From the IMG/VR virus record IMGVR_UViG_3300048998_000218, positions 1 to 39,965 of that record: a DNA stretch of 39,965 bases. The stretch is one strand, 5' to 3'. Of this stretch, positions 23,303-32,065 are shown piece by piece. Source of the stretch: a virus. Lineage: Duplodnaviria; Caudoviricetes. How positions within the stretch are numbered: position 1 is the first letter of the stretch; each line of letters opens with the position of its first letter. Under the pieces are notes generated by a model. That model made no database searches. It had not been told where the DNA came from and saw nothing but the letters and a program-made list of their open reading frames with translations. A program made the translations under genes and the position numbers.

Positions 23303-25387
23303 CTACGCGGTCGACACCCCGCGGAAGGTCCACTCGTCCTCGACGTTGTTGCCGAAGAAGTAGCCCGAGTTGGCCACCGCGTAGATGGTGAGGTCGACGC
23401 CCTCGGCCACCAGGTACGGCGACCCGGCCGCGGTGACCGCGGCGTTGTTGTCGGAGCGACGGTAGGTCACGCCGGTGGTGTCGGTGATGGTGATCTGCGA
23501 GGTGTCCGGGTCGAACGTCGGCTCGGCCGGGACGGCCCTGGCGGCGCCCGCCGCGGCCTGGACCAGCACCAGTGCCGACCGGATCTTGGTGAGGGCGCCG
23601 GACGAGCGCGACTCGATCAGGTACTTGTACTGGTTGTAGTCGATGTCGAAGTCGTCGAAGAACGAGACCTCGCCACCGCGGTCCGCACCGACGGTGTAGT
23701 CCTGCAGGTTGACGACGATTCCGATCAGGTCGGGCTCGTCCTCCATCGACTCGACGGTGACGACCTTGTCGACGCCGAGCTCCGCCGCGAGCTCCGTGGC
23801 GGTGCGGTAGAAGCGGCGGCCCATGTCGTCGCGGGCCAGCAGCATCTGCGTCACGACCGGGAGGGTCGTGTAGAGCGTCGGCAGACCCGAGCCCTTGTAG
23901 AACCGCATGTTCGCGAGGATCTCGTCCACGAGGTTCGTGCTCTTGAGGTCCCCGTCGACGTCGATCGTGATCTTCGCCGCGTAGAGGTCGTCGTCGTTGA
24001 GGATCGAGCGGATGCCCGCCCCGTCCGTGGCGCCCTTCGGGTCGCGGATCTTGTCCTCGTCGTCGACGTCGCGACCGTCCCCGATGAGGATGGCGCGTGC
24101 GATCTCCTCGTCGAGCATCAGGCGCATCTCGGCCTTCAGCCACAGCACGACGTCGAAGTCCGTGATGTCGATGATGTCGTCACGGTCCAGCTTCTGCTTC
24201 TTGTAGACCGTGCTGGGCGTCGTGACGCGCTTGGTGAGCCCGAAGAACTCCTCCTTCTTCAGCGTGCCCTTGATGTAGCCCTTGGCCCGCGCCTCGGCGT
24301 GGGTGATGTCGGCGACGATCGACTTGATCCGCGAGAACGGGCTCTTGCGGACCTGGGCGAGGACCTCGGAGACCCACTCGCTGCGTCGCTTGTCGAACTC
24401 CGGGGTGTCGGTGATGTTGCGGGCGTCCGGGAAGAGGACGTCGATGTTCTCGATGCCGTGCTTGAAGGCGTAGTCCTCGACCGCCTCCTTCAGGGAGCCG
24501 CGCTTGACCGCGTCCGACGCGATGCTCTGCATGGCGTCATGCGACAGCGTGTGTCGGGGCTCCCCGCCCTTCTCCTTGTCCTGCTCGAACACGTTCCGTC
24601 CGCTCATCTCGTCTTCGTCCTTTGCCTCGTGGGTGACGACCTCCTCCGAAGCGGAGGTGCTGGTCGGGGTTTCGGTGGTGTCGCTGCTGGGCGTTGCGTT
24701 GCTCTCCAGTGCGGCACCGACCATGTAGTGAACGACCTCTTGCTGCTCGGCCGTCATCGAGTCGTAGACGTCCTGAACCGTCGGCTCGCCGTCCTCGACC
24801 TGCTGCTCCTGCGTCGCCTCGGCGTGGGCCACCTCCGTCGATTCCTCGACGCCGTGCTCCAGCTCGAGACCGGTGTAGATGATCGCCTCATCCACGTGAA
24901 CTTCGATGTCACCATCGGAGTGAGTGATCGCGATGTTGTCGATCAGGGCCCCGGGGTTGGCACCCGCCAGGACCAGCGACATCTCGCGGATGATGCCGTG
25001 CGAGACCTGCTTGGCCCTCTCGACGAGACCGTTGGCGAAGATCGAAAGCGCGGAGATGTCCCCATGCTCGACCAGCACCTTTGCGTTCTGCGCCTGAGCG
25101 GTCTCGTTGAAGAAACCGAAAGCGTAGACGCCCTCCTTGCCGCGGTGTTCCAGGATCGCGTGTCCCAGGACGTTCTCGGGCGAACCGTGGCCGTGTTGCC
25201 AGACCATCGGCACGCGCTGCTCGTCCTGGTGCTCGAACGCGTCCGGAAGGATCGTTCGTCCGTCGGAGCACCGAAGCCCGTACTTCGTGGCCCAGCCACT
25301 GAAGTCAGGGGTCACGGTGTCGTCCGAATGCATCAAGCTGTTCTCCGGCGAAGAGTCACCGAAGTCCAGTCGGGATTCTGCTCCCAT
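23303..25387 (-). CDS. Prohead protease-scaffold-major capsid fusion protein
   Basis: HK97-type protease (DFSGWAT...WQH...LSI...EMSLVLAGANPGA), acidic linker, capsid domain from GIENIDVLFPDA to FDIDYNQYKYLIESRSSGAL. Confidence 0.92.
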   Translation of the reverse strand: MGAESRLDFGDSSPENSLMHSDDTVTPDFSGWATKYGLRCSDGRTILPDAFEHQDEQRVPMVWQHGHGSPENVLGHAILEHRGKEGVYAFGFFNETAQAQNAKVLVEHGDISALSIFANGLVERAKQVSHGIIREMSLVLAGANPGALIDNIAITHSDGDIEVHVDEAIIYTGLELEHGVEESTEVAHAEATQEQQVEDGEPTVQDVYDSMTAEQQEVVHYMVGAALESNATPSSDTTETPTSTSASEEVVTHEAKDEDEMSGRNVFEQDKEKGGEPRHTLSHDAMQSIASDAVKRGSLKEAVEDYAFKHGIENIDVLFPDARNITDTPEFDKRRSEWVSEVLAQVRKSPFSRIKSIVADITHAEARAKGYIKGTLKKEEFFGLTKRVTTPSTVYKKQKLDRDDIIDITDFDVVLWLKAEMRLMLDEEIARAILIGDGRDVDDEDKIRDPKGATDGAGIRSILNDDDLYAAKITIDVDGDLKSTNLVDEILANMRFYKGSGLPTLYTTLPVVTQMLLARDDMGRRFYRTATELAAELGVDKVVTVESMEDEPDLIGIVVNLQDYTVGADRGGEVSFFDDFDIDYNQYKYLIESRSSGALTKIRSALVLVQAAAGAARAVPAEPTFDPDTSQITITDTTGVTYRRSDNNAAVTAAGSPYLVAEGVDLTIYAVANSGYFFGNNVEDEWTFRGVSTA

Positions 25388-25426
25388 TTTGACTGTTCCT
25401 TTCGTCTTTTGGAATCTTCGGCGCTC

Positions 25427-26014
25427 TTAGAGCGCGGCTAGCTTTTGTTTGGCGACTGCGATCTGCCCCTTCACCTTTGTGGCCAGCGCCTTGAGATCGG
25501 AAACCGAATGCTTCGAACCCGAGCCCGCCTTCTTGGAAGAGCCACCAGACTGGCTGGTATCTTTCGCCTTAGTTTTCAGTGATTGCTTGTGCTTGTCGCG
25601 AAATTTCTTGTTGTCGCGAGCAGCTTTGGCCTTTTCGGCAGCAGACTTTGGCTTGTCCTTCTCCTTGGCCGCACGTTCCTTCTTGGCCTTGCCTTTTCGA
25701 TCTTCGGACTTGGCCGCATGCTCCTTCTTGCGAATGAGCTCCTCGAGCTGCTGAAGCTTCTTCGACAAGCTTTGAATTCGAGCAGTAAGCTCTTTACGCT
25801 GCCGAGCCTTGGTCGAGGATCCTGGAGTATGAGTCCGCCCCTTGGTCGATGACGCCGGGGGTCGAACAACGTGCGTGTGCGAGTTTGGAGTAGGTGGAGC
25901 CGATTCTCTCTGTCGTCCCTTGAGATGCTTGTGCTTCTCGTAGTACTGATGAGCCTTGACCGGGTCGTAGCCCGCCAGAATGTGCTGAAGTTCGAATTCG
26001 GTAGGTGTCTTCAT
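25427..26014 (-). CDS. Lys-rich basic protein between portal and capsid genes
   Basis: YDPVKAHQYYEKHKHLKGR motif; highly basic; TAATG coupling to the portal gene. Confidence 0.8.
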   Translation of the reverse strand: MKTPTEFELQHILAGYDPVKAHQYYEKHKHLKGRQRESAPPTPNSHTHVVRPPASSTKGRTHTPGSSTKARQRKELTARIQSLSKKLQQLEELIRKKEHAAKSEDRKGKAKKERAAKEKDKPKSAAEKAKAARDNKKFRDKHKQSLKTKAKDTSQSGGSSKKAGSGSKHSVSDLKALATKVKGQIAVAKQKLAAL

Positions 26015-27360
26015 TAGCCACCCGCCAATGCCGCATTGACTTCAGCTTCCGTCGAAGCAAGATCGTTGATCGTTGCATCTACTGATGGATCGGGCGGTTG
26101 ATCTACCGGAGCCGTTGGAGCGTTTGGATCAGGTGCATTCGGGTCGACTCCCGTATCGCCTTGAGGCATGTTGGAGTTGATCAATGCATCTGCCTTGGGC
26201 TCCGAACGAGGCTTCATACCGATAGCCTGTCGAATCTCGTTGGACGAGGTGATCTCGTTACGAGCGAACTTGTCGGCGATATCGGCGATACCGCCTTCGC
26301 CACCGATCGGAACGAACTTGAACGGGTCCCGGAAATACATGATCGTCTGACGCTGTGAACGAGCGGTCTTGGTCAAGAAGGTACGACGCATCGCCTCGAC
26401 GATGGCGTCAAGCATTGGCTCGACTGTGCGAGCGTAGTAATTCTTCATGACCTTCTCATCGGCCGTGCCGTTCATGACTTCTGCGGTCAGACCGAGCTGA
26501 GACCACAGCATGTTGGTGAGGTACTCGACCTGCCCCATCAGGTTGTTCTCAGCCGGACGGTTCAGCTGAGTGACCTTCTCCGTCGCTTCGGTATAAGCAA
26601 TGCCGTACTGGCTGCCCTTGAGCTGGAATTCGATGTCCCTGCGTCGCTGTTCCGCCTGCTGACGCTTGGTCTCCGACTTGATCACGTACGGAAGCTGGAT
26701 GATGAGATCGAGCTTGCCCGATGCAGACTGCTCATCGACCGAATCCAGAAGATTCAGCTTTCGGATCAGTCTTTGCAACGTCGAGTTCGGCTCGTTCATT
26801 ACCGAATATAGGGGATTCTCAATGATGGCGACCGTCGTCTTCGGTAGCGTGATGTCCTCACGTCTGCCAAACGCCTCGTTGTACAACGAAACGGTGACGT
26901 GTTTTGGATACCACATAACAACCCGACCCACCCGCAAGGTCTTGATGTCATAGCCACCGGATTCCAGAGGGCTGAGACTCGTGTCCACCGGGACAACTGC
27001 TGCCACACCTTCGTCCATGAGAGTCATTACAACATCTTGACGAAACTGCGTCGCCGCTTGATCGATGTTTGCTTCCACCTTCAAGCAGTTTTGGAGACCG
27101 CTGTCGATGTCCTCCAAATATCGATCCTGATCGTCCGCTCGAACGTGCCGAACGGCGATCGCAGCAACATCGATCCCGATTCTGGTGTAGATCGAGGAGA
27201 TGATCGATCGCTCGTTTGAAAATCGCATCGTAGGACGATCGCTTCGACGCATCGCTGCGAGCCCGCCATCACCCGTATATGGGCGTTGCCGAAGATCGTC
27301 GACTTCACGACTTGTGAACGCATTCCAAGCGTGCTTCAGCCTGGATCCAAACGTGGCCAT
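26014..27360 (-). CDS. Portal protein
   Basis: SIYTRIGIDVA...EANIDQ...SGKLDLIIQLPY...NEIRQAIG; synteny. Confidence 0.92.
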   Translation of the reverse strand: MATFGSRLKHAWNAFTSREVDDLRQRPYTGDGGLAAMRRSDRPTMRFSNERSIISSIYTRIGIDVAAIAVRHVRADDQDRYLEDIDSGLQNCLKVEANIDQAATQFRQDVVMTLMDEGVAAVVPVDTSLSPLESGGYDIKTLRVGRVVMWYPKHVTVSLYNEAFGRREDITLPKTTVAIIENPLYSVMNEPNSTLQRLIRKLNLLDSVDEQSASGKLDLIIQLPYVIKSETKRQQAEQRRRDIEFQLKGSQYGIAYTEATEKVTQLNRPAENNLMGQVEYLTNMLWSQLGLTAEVMNGTADEKVMKNYYARTVEPMLDAIVEAMRRTFLTKTARSQRQTIMYFRDPFKFVPIGGEGGIADIADKFARNEITSSNEIRQAIGMKPRSEPKADALINSNMPQGDTGVDPNAPDPNAPTAPVDQPPDPSVDATINDLASTEAEVNAALAGG

Positions 27361-27387
27361 GAATCACCTCCTTTCTGGTTTCGATCA

Positions 27388-29718
27388 TTAGATCACCGGT
27401 AGTTTGTCGAGATCGACGATGATGTGACGAAGAACGCGCTGTCGGTTCGCATTACCGCCAGAACCCGTCGAAATACGAATTCGATCTGCACGACCGGTTC
27501 GATTCGCCTCAGTGTTGAAGGCGCCATCGCCTGCCAGGCTGAAGTTAGTCTGCGCATTTTGGATCATGTTGGCGGCAAAGAACTTGAACAACGGATGCTG
27601 AGTGCTCCAGAACGCCGATACCTGATCTCCGTAGACCATTCCCACGATCCATCCGCGCGCGCCCGTGGGATAAGTCGCTGCAGTGTTCGCCCGAAGGCTG
27701 TCTGCAGCACCAGGTGCGGTTGTATAAATATGGATGTTGGTTCCGTGAGACTGAACCCTGATGAATCGGTCGGACTGCTGACGGAAGTCGAACGAGAACA
27801 CCGGAGTCCCGCCCGTGTTGTTCTGCCACTCCACTTCGATTGCCACGAGAACATCCCGGAAATTTCCGTCGTGACCATCGTTGCGGTGATAGAACGAACC
27901 AGAGCTCAGGTTCGGAACGTAGATGTAATGGCGCACATCTCCGTCGCCATCTGTTATGTTTCCATCAGTGAGGACATCGCTGCCCCCCGCCGCGTCGAGC
28001 GTATACAGTCCAGAGTGATCGACCGCGAACTGCTCGTCCAGATAAATATAGGCAGCGACGCTACCTGACGACGAAGGGGTGAGCCACTTCAGATCACGAT
28101 CCGCGCCAGAATTCTTGGCGAGAACTTGATCCGTAGTACCCCCAACAGGAACGTCGCGTGGAGTCTGATCGACCCAACCCGTGTCGTAGTCTGTGGCACT
28201 CGCCTTGGCCAAGACTTTGCCCGTTGCACCACCCGCTGGAACGGTGCCTCCAGATGCGGGGGAAACCCAGGTCACATCTCGATCGGCTGCACTGGCTTTG
28301 GCCAGAAGATAGCCGGTTGCGCCACCGACTGGGAGATCACGAGGAACAGCACTCCAAGCCACGTCTCGATCTGCTCCGCTGGCCTTGACCAGCATGTAGC
28401 CCGTAGCGCCGCCAAGCGGTAGATCATGAGGCACTGCGACCCAGGCTACGTCCCGATCAGCACCACTGGCTTTACCCAGAAGATAACCCGAAATGCCACC
28501 AACCGGAAGATCGTGTGGAGGAGCGGTCCAGCCCGCATCGCCATCGGCTCCGCTGGCCTTGGTCAAATATGTGCCCGTAGCTCCGCCTGCCGGAAGCGAG
28601 ATGCCGCCACTGAGTTCAGTCCATGCGCTCGAATCGAACGCGGTGGGTGATGGGAGAACGAGAGCAAATCGAACGGTGTACTTGTGCTCGCCCGAACGAT
28701 TCCGGAAATAAGGAAGGCCTGAATCAGCCGGTGCAGCCCAGTACGAGCCCAAATGCATGACCTGATGGGAGTCCATGAGGAATCGATTCGAACCACCTGC
28801 CGCTCCGACCTCCCATTGCGGAGTGTTTCCTGAATCGGTCGCGAAGTTCTGGGAATACGACAGGAAGACGCGAAGTACCTTGTCGGCCGTCAGCGTTGTC
28901 GCTGGGTTCGCGCCCGCAGCCACATCCAACGGCGTACCCAAAGCGTGGTTCTCTGCTCTGAGGAACTCCAGATCGGCGGCTGACGGGAGAGCTGCTCCAC
29001 GGAAGATCAGCAACTCCGCGATAGAAGTGTTTGCTCCAGACCCATCGTAGTGCTTCGTGGATCCCAGATCGCCTGCGGCTGCTACCTTCGCGTAGATCGC
29101 CACTCGGTTGGGCGGGCTCACGTCGGTCGTTGAGCCAAGTTCCGACAGCGTCGTCCACCCGCCATCGACCGGCTTGGCATAGGCCCCGGGACCCGCAACA
29201 GAGGAAGCCCAGACCATCAGGTCCCCTACTTGAGTTGCGGCCGGAACATCGATCCCGAGCGTGGTATCAGCGGCGTAGTCCGTGTCCGATGCGCTTGCAA
29301 CGAACTCGAACGGAACTTCGTAAATATCGTCATCAGCGATGTACAGCTTGCCATCGTGGAGGACCACGTCGTCTTTTCTGTATGCACCAGGCGCCCACGT
29401 TCCGACAAACCGCATCTTGTCATCCCCCAAGGGGATCCAGACGGTGTCGGCATCTTCGGGAGAAGGGTCGCCCAACGGGAGCGACTCCTCGAGGAGGATG
29501 TACAGATTGCCGTTCATCTGCACGACATCGTTGAGAACATAGGCCTGATCATCAGCCCACTCTCCACGATACAGCATCTTCGACGGGTCCTTGGCGACAT
29601 CAACCGCGGTACCGTCAGGAAGATATAGTTCCCACTTCTCCGGCGGATCGAACGGATCCAGCCCCTCCCCGACGATGAGGAGGCCCTGACGAGTCCTCTG
29701 CGAGGTAACTCGTGGCAT
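27388..29718 (-). CDS. Mosaic fibre/adhesin-like virion protein
   Basis: Two G.W...Y...DVV..G..Y carbohydrate-binding-like motifs; six (L/V)PxGG..G..L.K.S..D.D..W repeats; beta-rich C-terminus; start at MPRVTS. Confidence 0.75.
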   Translation of the reverse strand: MPRVTSQRTRQGLLIVGEGLDPFDPPEKWELYLPDGTAVDVAKDPSKMLYRGEWADDQAYVLNDVVQMNGNLYILLEESLPLGDPSPEDADTVWIPLGDDKMRFVGTWAPGAYRKDDVVLHDGKLYIADDDIYEVPFEFVASASDTDYAADTTLGIDVPAATQVGDLMVWASSVAGPGAYAKPVDGGWTTLSELGSTTDVSPPNRVAIYAKVAAAGDLGSTKHYDGSGANTSIAELLIFRGAALPSAADLEFLRAENHALGTPLDVAAGANPATTLTADKVLRVFLSYSQNFATDSGNTPQWEVGAAGGSNRFLMDSHQVMHLGSYWAAPADSGLPYFRNRSGEHKYTVRFALVLPSPTAFDSSAWTELSGGISLPAGGATGTYLTKASGADGDAGWTAPPHDLPVGGISGYLLGKASGADRDVAWVAVPHDLPLGGATGYMLVKASGADRDVAWSAVPRDLPVGGATGYLLAKASAADRDVTWVSPASGGTVPAGGATGKVLAKASATDYDTGWVDQTPRDVPVGGTTDQVLAKNSGADRDLKWLTPSSSGSVAAYIYLDEQFAVDHSGLYTLDAAGGSDVLTDGNITDGDGDVRHYIYVPNLSSGSFYHRNDGHDGNFRDVLVAIEVEWQNNTGGTPVFSFDFRQQSDRFIRVQSHGTNIHIYTTAPGAADSLRANTAATYPTGARGWIVGMVYGDQVSAFWSTQHPLFKFFAANMIQNAQTNFSLAGDGAFNTEANRTGRADRIRISTGSGGNANRQRVLRHIIVDLDKLPVI

Positions 29719-29729
29719 AACGCCCCCTT

Positions 29730-30308
29730 TTAGTCGAGTCTCTTCTCCATGTGGGTAAGCCCACCCCACACTGAGTCCGCTTTGGCCTCTTTGGTTGTGG
29801 GTTCCTTAGTGACCTTGAATCCCATCTTCTCGTAAATATGCCGGGCGTCCGGCGAGATACCCGGCACTTCGAGAAGCATCCTCTTCTTGCCCGCAGCTCG
29901 AGAATGCTCTTCGGCCGCTTTCATGATCGTCGTCGCATATCCAAGACCACGGGCATGCTTGTCAACGCTGATCCAGTTGAGATATACCGAATCTTTGTCC
30001 TTGTTCCAGAACTGCGCCGAGCCGACCTTCTTACCGTCTTTGTCCTTGACGGTCAAATACGCGCCTTCGTTGAACGCGTCGGCCGCATTCTTGCTGATGA
30101 ACGCCAGCGTCTTGTTGAGCTTGTTGGGCTTCTTGGCTGTGAGGGTTAGCTCGTCGCCGTTCTTGGTCTTGAGCACAATATCGCCCTCAACCAAAGGATG
30201 TAGGTTCCGAGCCCGCTCTTTGCGCACGCCCCAGTGCATGCCCTTGATGCCGAAGTGCACTAGCGCCTCTTCGGGAGACGCGAACTGCTGATTCTCCCCG
30301 AGAATCAT
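29730..30308 (-). CDS. GNAT acetyltransferase with N-terminal HFGIKGMHWGVRK motif
   Basis: ISVDKHARGLGYAT (acetyl-CoA loop); ARHIYEKMGF. Confidence 0.88.
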   Translation of the reverse strand: MILGENQQFASPEEALVHFGIKGMHWGVRKERARNLHPLVEGDIVLKTKNGDELTLTAKKPNKLNKTLAFISKNAADAFNEGAYLTVKDKDGKKVGSAQFWNKDKDSVYLNWISVDKHARGLGYATTIMKAAEEHSRAAGKKRMLLEVPGISPDARHIYEKMGFKVTKEPTTKEAKADSVWGGLTHMEKRLD

Positions 30309-32050
30309 TCAAACGCCTCCTTGTTGGCTTTGATCCCGATGTACGCATCCATCATCGCGGCTACGTTGTCGATCTTCTCTTCTTGACGCTTCTTCAGAAG
30401 CTTACGATTACCGTTGGTGTCTTCCAAGGTGATCGCATTACCCATAGCGAAGGACATCAGAGACTGATCGAATAGGAGACCACGATCCTCAGAGAGTTTC
30501 TTCAACTCGCCAAGGGGAACTGACTCGGTCTTCGCTCCCTGAATGACCTTCTCGATTCCGAACGGGCCGTTCTCAGCTTCCCAGCGAGCCACGAACTCCT
30601 TGGCATTATACGGATCGTACCCGAAGCAACGGACGTCGTACTCTGAAGCGATGATGAAGGCGTCGAGATCTTCGTAGATCTCTTCCCAGTCCAACACCGT
30701 TCCGTTCATCACGAGAAGCGAACCTTCTTGGATGAACTCTTCGTACTTGTGACGCATTGCTGCTTGAAGCAACATGAGCGTGCGCTCGGTGATATAGGAG
30801 CGAGTCTTCACGCCATACTGATCTCCGCCCAACGGGAAGAGGAACGTAAACGCCCAGAAGTCGTCGCCCTGTGAAGCGTCCATTCCCAAACCGCAAGGTA
30901 GCTGCCAGAAGTCGCGAACGCGATGCGGTATGGTTTCCTCATAGGTGAAGAAATACGTGTAGCCTTCCATGGGGATGCCGAAGCGCTTGGCGAGAATGTC
31001 GTTGCGCGCTGCCGGAGCTTTCTCAGCTCGTTCGACGTCCAACTGGTATGTCTCGTAGGTAACGGTCTGTCCGAGATTGGGCTGAGCCTTCAACCACATC
31101 GCTGGATCGGCAACTTCGTCCAGTTCGTCCAGCTTGTAGTGCCAGATGGAAACGTGCGGCGCTTGGTATTCACCTTTGAGGATGTCAGCAAGCTCCATTT
31201 TGATGGTATCACCCGAACCATTACGGACGGTACCCTCAGAAGAGATAGCGACGATCAGGTAATCGTCAAGCTTGGAGGCTCCCTGCTCCACAGCACCGAT
31301 GACATCCTCTCGGAGATCACCGGACAACCACTCATCAATGGTCGCAATTTTGGTTCGAAGTCCCTGAAGCTTGTTGATGGTCATCGGCCGGATCTCAAGC
31401 AGAGATCCGGTGAGAAAGTTCTCGATGCCCTTCTTAGTAGCTGCTAGCTTCTGCCGCAGCATCCGATTACCGGTGGTGTTCTGCAACGAACCCTCGGTAA
31501 GGAACTTGAACAACGGGCCCCGAGAACGAGTAATGGCAGTGCGGAAGGGAGACATAACCTCTTCCGCCTGCTTCATCGTCGGAGCGGTGGTGATCTGATG
31601 AGTGGTCGTGGTGTCAACGGTGAGGAAGTACGCTTGGATGAGATCGGCGTACATCGACTTTGCTGCGCCTCGGGCGACGATCAAGTATTGCTTCTTGATC
31701 AGCCGAACTTTGATCGTTCGTTTCTCGTAGTGACCGCCGTGGTTTCCGTCCGATGGAACGTAAACAGACCGTTCCACGAAGTAATACCAGCCGAAGATCT
31801 GCTCGGCCCAAAGCTTGAACGTGAACAGAAGGTGGAGGTCCGAGCCATCCGTAAGGGTCATCTCACCCTCACAGAAACGAATGAACCCCTCCACCGCCTG
31901 ATCGTCGTAGTAGATGTTGGGGTTGGCGATGAGCGCGTTGATACGATTCATCTCTTGCGAGATCTCCCGGTTCACCGGAATGTCTCCACGCACTACCGCA
32001 TCGCGGAACTGTCCGTAGTACGTCGGTGTTGCTGTGTTGGACAATCCCAC
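30305..32050 (-). CDS. Terminase large subunit
   Basis: LIVARGAAKS (Walker A), ATIDEW (Walker B), GMDASQGDDF and KIDNVAAMMDA nuclease motifs. Confidence 0.95.
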   Translation of the reverse strand: MGLSNTATPTYYGQFRDAVVRGDIPVNREISQEMNRINALIANPNIYYDDQAVEGFIRFCEGEMTLTDGSDLHLLFTFKLWAEQIFGWYYFVERSVYVPSDGNHGGHYEKRTIKVRLIKKQYLIVARGAAKSMYADLIQAYFLTVDTTTTHQITTAPTMKQAEEVMSPFRTAITRSRGPLFKFLTEGSLQNTTGNRMLRQKLAATKKGIENFLTGSLLEIRPMTINKLQGLRTKIATIDEWLSGDLREDVIGAVEQGASKLDDYLIVAISSEGTVRNGSGDTIKMELADILKGEYQAPHVSIWHYKLDELDEVADPAMWLKAQPNLGQTVTYETYQLDVERAEKAPAARNDILAKRFGIPMEGYTYFFTYEETIPHRVRDFWQLPCGLGMDASQGDDFWAFTFLFPLGGDQYGVKTRSYITERTLMLLQAAMRHKYEEFIQEGSLLVMNGTVLDWEEIYEDLDAFIIASEYDVRCFGYDPYNAKEFVARWEAENGPFGIEKVIQGAKTESVPLGELKKLSEDRGLLFDQSLMSFAMGNAITLEDTNGNRKLLKKRQEEKIDNVAAMMDAYIGIKANKEAFE

Positions 32051-32065
32051 TAACCCCCGCCTTCC

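Noticed and set aside
14261-25441. Long plus-strand ORFs (e.g. 14261-15670, 21711-22691, 23219-25441)
   Set aside because: Antisense shadows of GC3-biased minus-strand genes, with no motifs of their own.
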